Virus record (IMG/VR): IMGVR_UViG_3300032893_000057
Coordinates: 1-56,372 of that record
From: a virus
Lineage: Duplodnaviria; Caudoviricetes
Reading direction: 5' to 3' (one strand)
Length of the DNA: 56,372 nucleotides
The translations under genes were made by a program, and so were the position numbers. The notes below the pieces were generated by a model, which was given only the letters and a program-made list of their open reading frames with translations, was not told where the DNA came from and did not search any database. Positions 53,873-56,372 of this stretch are shown piece after piece; positions within the stretch are counted from its first letter, which is position 1, and each line of letters begins with the position of its first letter.

Positions 53873-54274
53873 CTGGGTACAGCGCCCGTCTTCGCAGCCA
53901 CCCCGATCGTCGGTACCGGCGTCGTCCCGGCCTCCGCCGACACCTCGCTGACCGCGCCGACGAACCAGACCACGCTGTCGTGGTCGACGGCCATCGGCTC
54001 CTCGGGCGCCAAGATCGAGGAGATCGACGTGATCGGCCTGGGCACCACGGCGGCGGGCCTGGTCAACCTGTTCCTCTACGACGGCTCGGCCTACCACCTC
54101 TTCGACCAGGTCACCGTGACCGTGGTCGCCACCTCGACGACCGTGGCCTCGTTCTTCCAGCGCCGCTACTACCAGCAGTTGATCATCCCGAGCGGCTGGA
54201 GCCTGCGCATCACGAACACCGTGGCGGGCAACGTCAGCCTGGTCGGAGTGGTCGCCACCGGGGCCAACTTCTGA
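53873..54274 (+). CDS. Putative virion protein; probable CTG start
   Basis: AAGGAG-N8-CTG; (M)GTAPVFAATP...G.KI..I......AG.V.LF. Confidence 0.7.
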   Translation: MGTAPVFAATPIVGTGVVPASADTSLTAPTNQTTLSWSTAIGSSGAKIEEIDVIGLGTTAAGLVNLFLYDGSAYHLFDQVTVTVVATSTTVASFFQRRYYQQLIIPSGWSLRITNTVAGNVSLVGVVATGANF

Positions 54275-54278
54275 GGCC

Positions 54279-55235
54279 ATGAACAACGGCGTCCTCCAGG
54301 GCTTCGCCATGCCCCTCGGGCGCCAGGCCGTCGACGTCCAGATCTTCACCGTCAACGCCCACGGCAACACCACGGGCGGGCTCTGGCGCAAGCCACCGGG
54401 CTGCCGCCAGGTGTGGGTGCTCATGCTCGGCGGCGGTGGCGGCGGCGGCAGCGGGCCGGTGGTGGCGTCGAGCACTTCGGCCGGTGGCGGGGGCGGCGGC
54501 CGCTGCGGCGGGGCGACAGGGTCCATCTTCTCCGCCTACGACCTGCCCGACGAACTGCCGGTCCAGGTTGGGGGCGCGGGGCTCGGCGGTCTCGCGGTCG
54601 GGACCGGCGCGAGCAACGGCAACGCCGGGGGCGCCGGGGGCGACTCGATCTTCGGCGCGTCGCCGAACAGCACGTTGTGGTGGCTGATGCGCGGCGCAGG
54701 CGGCGGCGGGGGCGGGGCAGGGCAGACGAACAACACCGGAACGGCCGGGTCGGCACCGGCCAACGCGTTCAACCCTGGCGGCAACGCGGGAGCGGGCACG
54801 AACGGTTCCGCGGGCGCCAACGGCAGCGTCAACACCGGGGGCATCGGCCCGGGGGTCTTCGCCATCCTCTTCGGCTCCGGGGCCGGTGGCGGCGGGATCA
54901 CGTCGGGGAACTCCCCCCAGGCGGGTGGTGCGACCACCGTGCAGACCTTCTGCGTCATCTTCGGGGCCACCATCGCGGGGGGGAGCGCCGGGGGCGGGGC
55001 GGGGCTGAACGGCTACGGCTACGACGAGTCCTTCGGGCTACCTCGGATGGCGCTCGGCTCGCTCTGGTCGACCGGCGGGACGGGTGGTGGCGCGAACACG
55101 TCAGGCCCTGGTGGCAACGGCGGCAACGGCGGGACGGGCTCCGGGGGCGGGGGGGGCGGCAGTACGCAGACCGGGCAGTTGTCCGGGGCCGGGGGCGATG
55201 GGGGCGATGGCGTGGTCATCGTGATCGGCCTGTGA
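54279..55235 (+). CDS. Glycine-rich virion protein, paralog 1
   Basis: W.KP.G...V.V...GGGGGGGSG...V.VG..G.GG...GG.GGDG.V.V. Confidence 0.85.
   Translation: MNNGVLQGFAMPLGRQAVDVQIFTVNAHGNTTGGLWRKPPGCRQVWVLMLGGGGGGGSGPVVASSTSAGGGGGGRCGGATGSIFSAYDLPDELPVQVGGAGLGGLAVGTGASNGNAGGAGGDSIFGASPNSTLWWLMRGAGGGGGGAGQTNNTGTAGSAPANAFNPGGNAGAGTNGSAGANGSVNTGGIGPGVFAILFGSGAGGGGITSGNSPQAGGATTVQTFCVIFGATIAGGSAGGGAGLNGYGYDESFGLPRMALGSLWSTGGTGGGANTSGPGGNGGNGGTGSGGGGGGSTQTGQLSGAGGDGGDGVVIVIGL
54332..54401 (+). repeat. 70-bp exact direct repeat, second copy at 56253-56322
   Basis: CGACGTCCAGATCTTCACC...AAGCCACCGGGC is identical in paralogs 1 and 3. Confidence 0.9.
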
Positions 55236-56206
55236 ACAACGGCGTACGCCGGGGCTTCCCGTTCAACCCGGGCGCCGCGCCCCTGCATGACGTGCAGGTG
55301 TTCCTCGTCACCGGCCACGGCAACACCACCCAGTACCTCTGGCGCAAGCCGCCCGGGGCCAGGATCGTGTTCGTGCTCGTCGCAGCCGGGGGCGGGGGCG
55401 GCGGGTCGGGAGGCATCAATGCCGTCAACAATGCCGTCAGCGGCGGAGCGGGTGGCGGTGACCCGGCCAAGAGCGCGGCGACCTTCGGGGCTGACGACCT
55501 GCCTGACGAGATGTTCGTCCAGGTCGGCGGGGCGGGGCTCGGCGGCCTTGCCGTATCGGGCACGACGATCGCTGGCAACTCCGGGGGCGCCGGGGGCGAC
55601 TCCTACTTCGGGACCTCCCCGAACGGCACCAGTCTGTGGCTGGTGCGCGCCAATGGGGGCATGGGTGGTCAGGGCGGGCAACTGGGGGCATCGTCCACCG
55701 GGGGCGCCGGGGGTTTAGGGTACATGCAGGGCAACGCGGGCGGCAACGGGTCGAACAGTGCCTCCCCAGGTAGCGACGGGGTCCAGAGCGGCTGGCAGTC
55801 CACGGCGCCAGCAGTGCTGACCTACGGTGCGAGCGGGTCGGGGGCGGCCGGGGGCGGGTGCAGCGCAGGCAACAGCGCCCAGGCGGGCGGTGCGGGCGCG
55901 AGCGTCGGGGCCTGCTGTATCGGCGGTGGGTCGTTCGAGGCGCTCGGGGGCGCGGCTGGGGGCAACCCTGGGGCCAACGGTCTGGGCTACGACTGGGTCT
56001 CGGGGCCACTGCGCTCATCGTTCTCGCTCTGGACAACGGGTGGCGGGGGTGGGGGCGCCGTGAACACGAGCGGTACGGGAGGAGCGGGCGGGCAGGGCGG
56101 GTTGTCCTCCGGCGGCGGGGGCGGTGGGTCGGGGCAGAACGGGGCGACGGCCTCGGGCGCGGGCGGCGACGGGGGCGACGGCCTGGTCATGGTGCTCGCG
56201 ATATGA
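55232..56206 (+). CDS. Glycine-rich virion protein, paralog 2
   Basis: Same architecture; GTGA overlap. Confidence 0.85.
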   Translation: MNNGVRRGFPFNPGAAPLHDVQVFLVTGHGNTTQYLWRKPPGARIVFVLVAAGGGGGGSGGINAVNNAVSGGAGGGDPAKSAATFGADDLPDEMFVQVGGAGLGGLAVSGTTIAGNSGGAGGDSYFGTSPNGTSLWLVRANGGMGGQGGQLGASSTGGAGGLGYMQGNAGGNGSNSASPGSDGVQSGWQSTAPAVLTYGASGSGAAGGGCSAGNSAQAGGAGASVGACCIGGGSFEALGGAAGGNPGANGLGYDWVSGPLRSSFSLWTTGGGGGGAVNTSGTGGAGGQGGLSSGGGGGGSGQNGATASGAGGDGGDGLVMVLAI

Positions 56207-56372
56207 ACCGCGGTTGGGCGGAGGGTTTCCGCATCCCCAACCTCGCCGCGTCCGACGTCCAGATCTTCACCGTCAACGCCCACGGCAACACCACGGGCGG
56301 GCTCTGGCGCAAGCCACCGGGCGCGGCGCTGGTCATCGTGATGGCCCTCGGCGGCGGCGGCGGGGGGTCGGG
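56203..56372 (+). CDS. Glycine-rich virion protein, paralog 3 (truncated by the window edge)
   Basis: MNRGW...DVQIFTVNAHGNTTGGLWRKPPG. Confidence 0.8.
   Translation, partial: MNRGWAEGFRIPNLAASDVQIFTVNAHGNTTGGLWRKPPGAALVIVMALGGGGGGS

Larger units (their letters stand above)
1..56372. mobile_element. Actinobacterial tailed phage (or prophage) genome segment
   Basis: Terminase, portal/MuF, ERF, Gam-like, replication initiator, WhiB, several HNH genes and dense small ORFs with ATGA/GTGA overlaps; no host housekeeping genes recognised. Confidence 0.95.

Noticed and set aside
54332-56322. The 70-bp repeat as a diversity-generating retroelement TR/VR pair
   Set aside because: The copies are identical, with no adenine-specific mismatches, and no reverse transcriptase is visible in the window.
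1-56372. tRNA, rRNA, CRISPR array, integrase or att site
   Set aside because: None recognised by eye; tRNAscan-SE and Infernal would be needed to exclude divergent RNA genes.

Overview
A 56-kb segment of a high-GC actinobacterial tailed phage or prophage (it carries WhiB, Rpf and a LAXTG sortase substrate). No integrase, repressor, major capsid protein or tape measure gene was recognised in the window. Gene order is: small leftward genes, an HTH-HNH gene and a secreted Rpf; recombination and replication genes (Gam-like, ERF, initiator with iterons, helicase loader, WhiB); methyltransferases, HNH nucleases and many small genes; secreted and cell-surface proteins; terminase small and large subunits; a giant portal-MuF-NUDIX-HiPIP-like fusion; a Zeta-toxin/ParB/metallopeptidase polyvalent protein; a leftward cluster of DUF3560/LPD-type genes; then glycosyltransferase-like, methyltransferase, G8-like, tail-fibre-like and glycine-rich genes. 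The most striking observations are: (1) the TerL intein has no sense-strand endonuclease, but an HTH-HTH-Vsr/DUF559-like endonuclease is encoded on the antisense strand and overlaps both splicing regions; (2) 15 sigma28/FliA/WhiG-type promoters (CTMAAG-N14/15-GCCGAW), 13 of them with a start codon exactly 9 nt downstream; (3) ten CTACC-NN-GGTAG operator palindromes that resemble the replication iterons; (4) three structural-region genes that appear to start at CTG inside an identical GCCTCT-CTG context. All family assignments come from visual motif recognition, not database searches.
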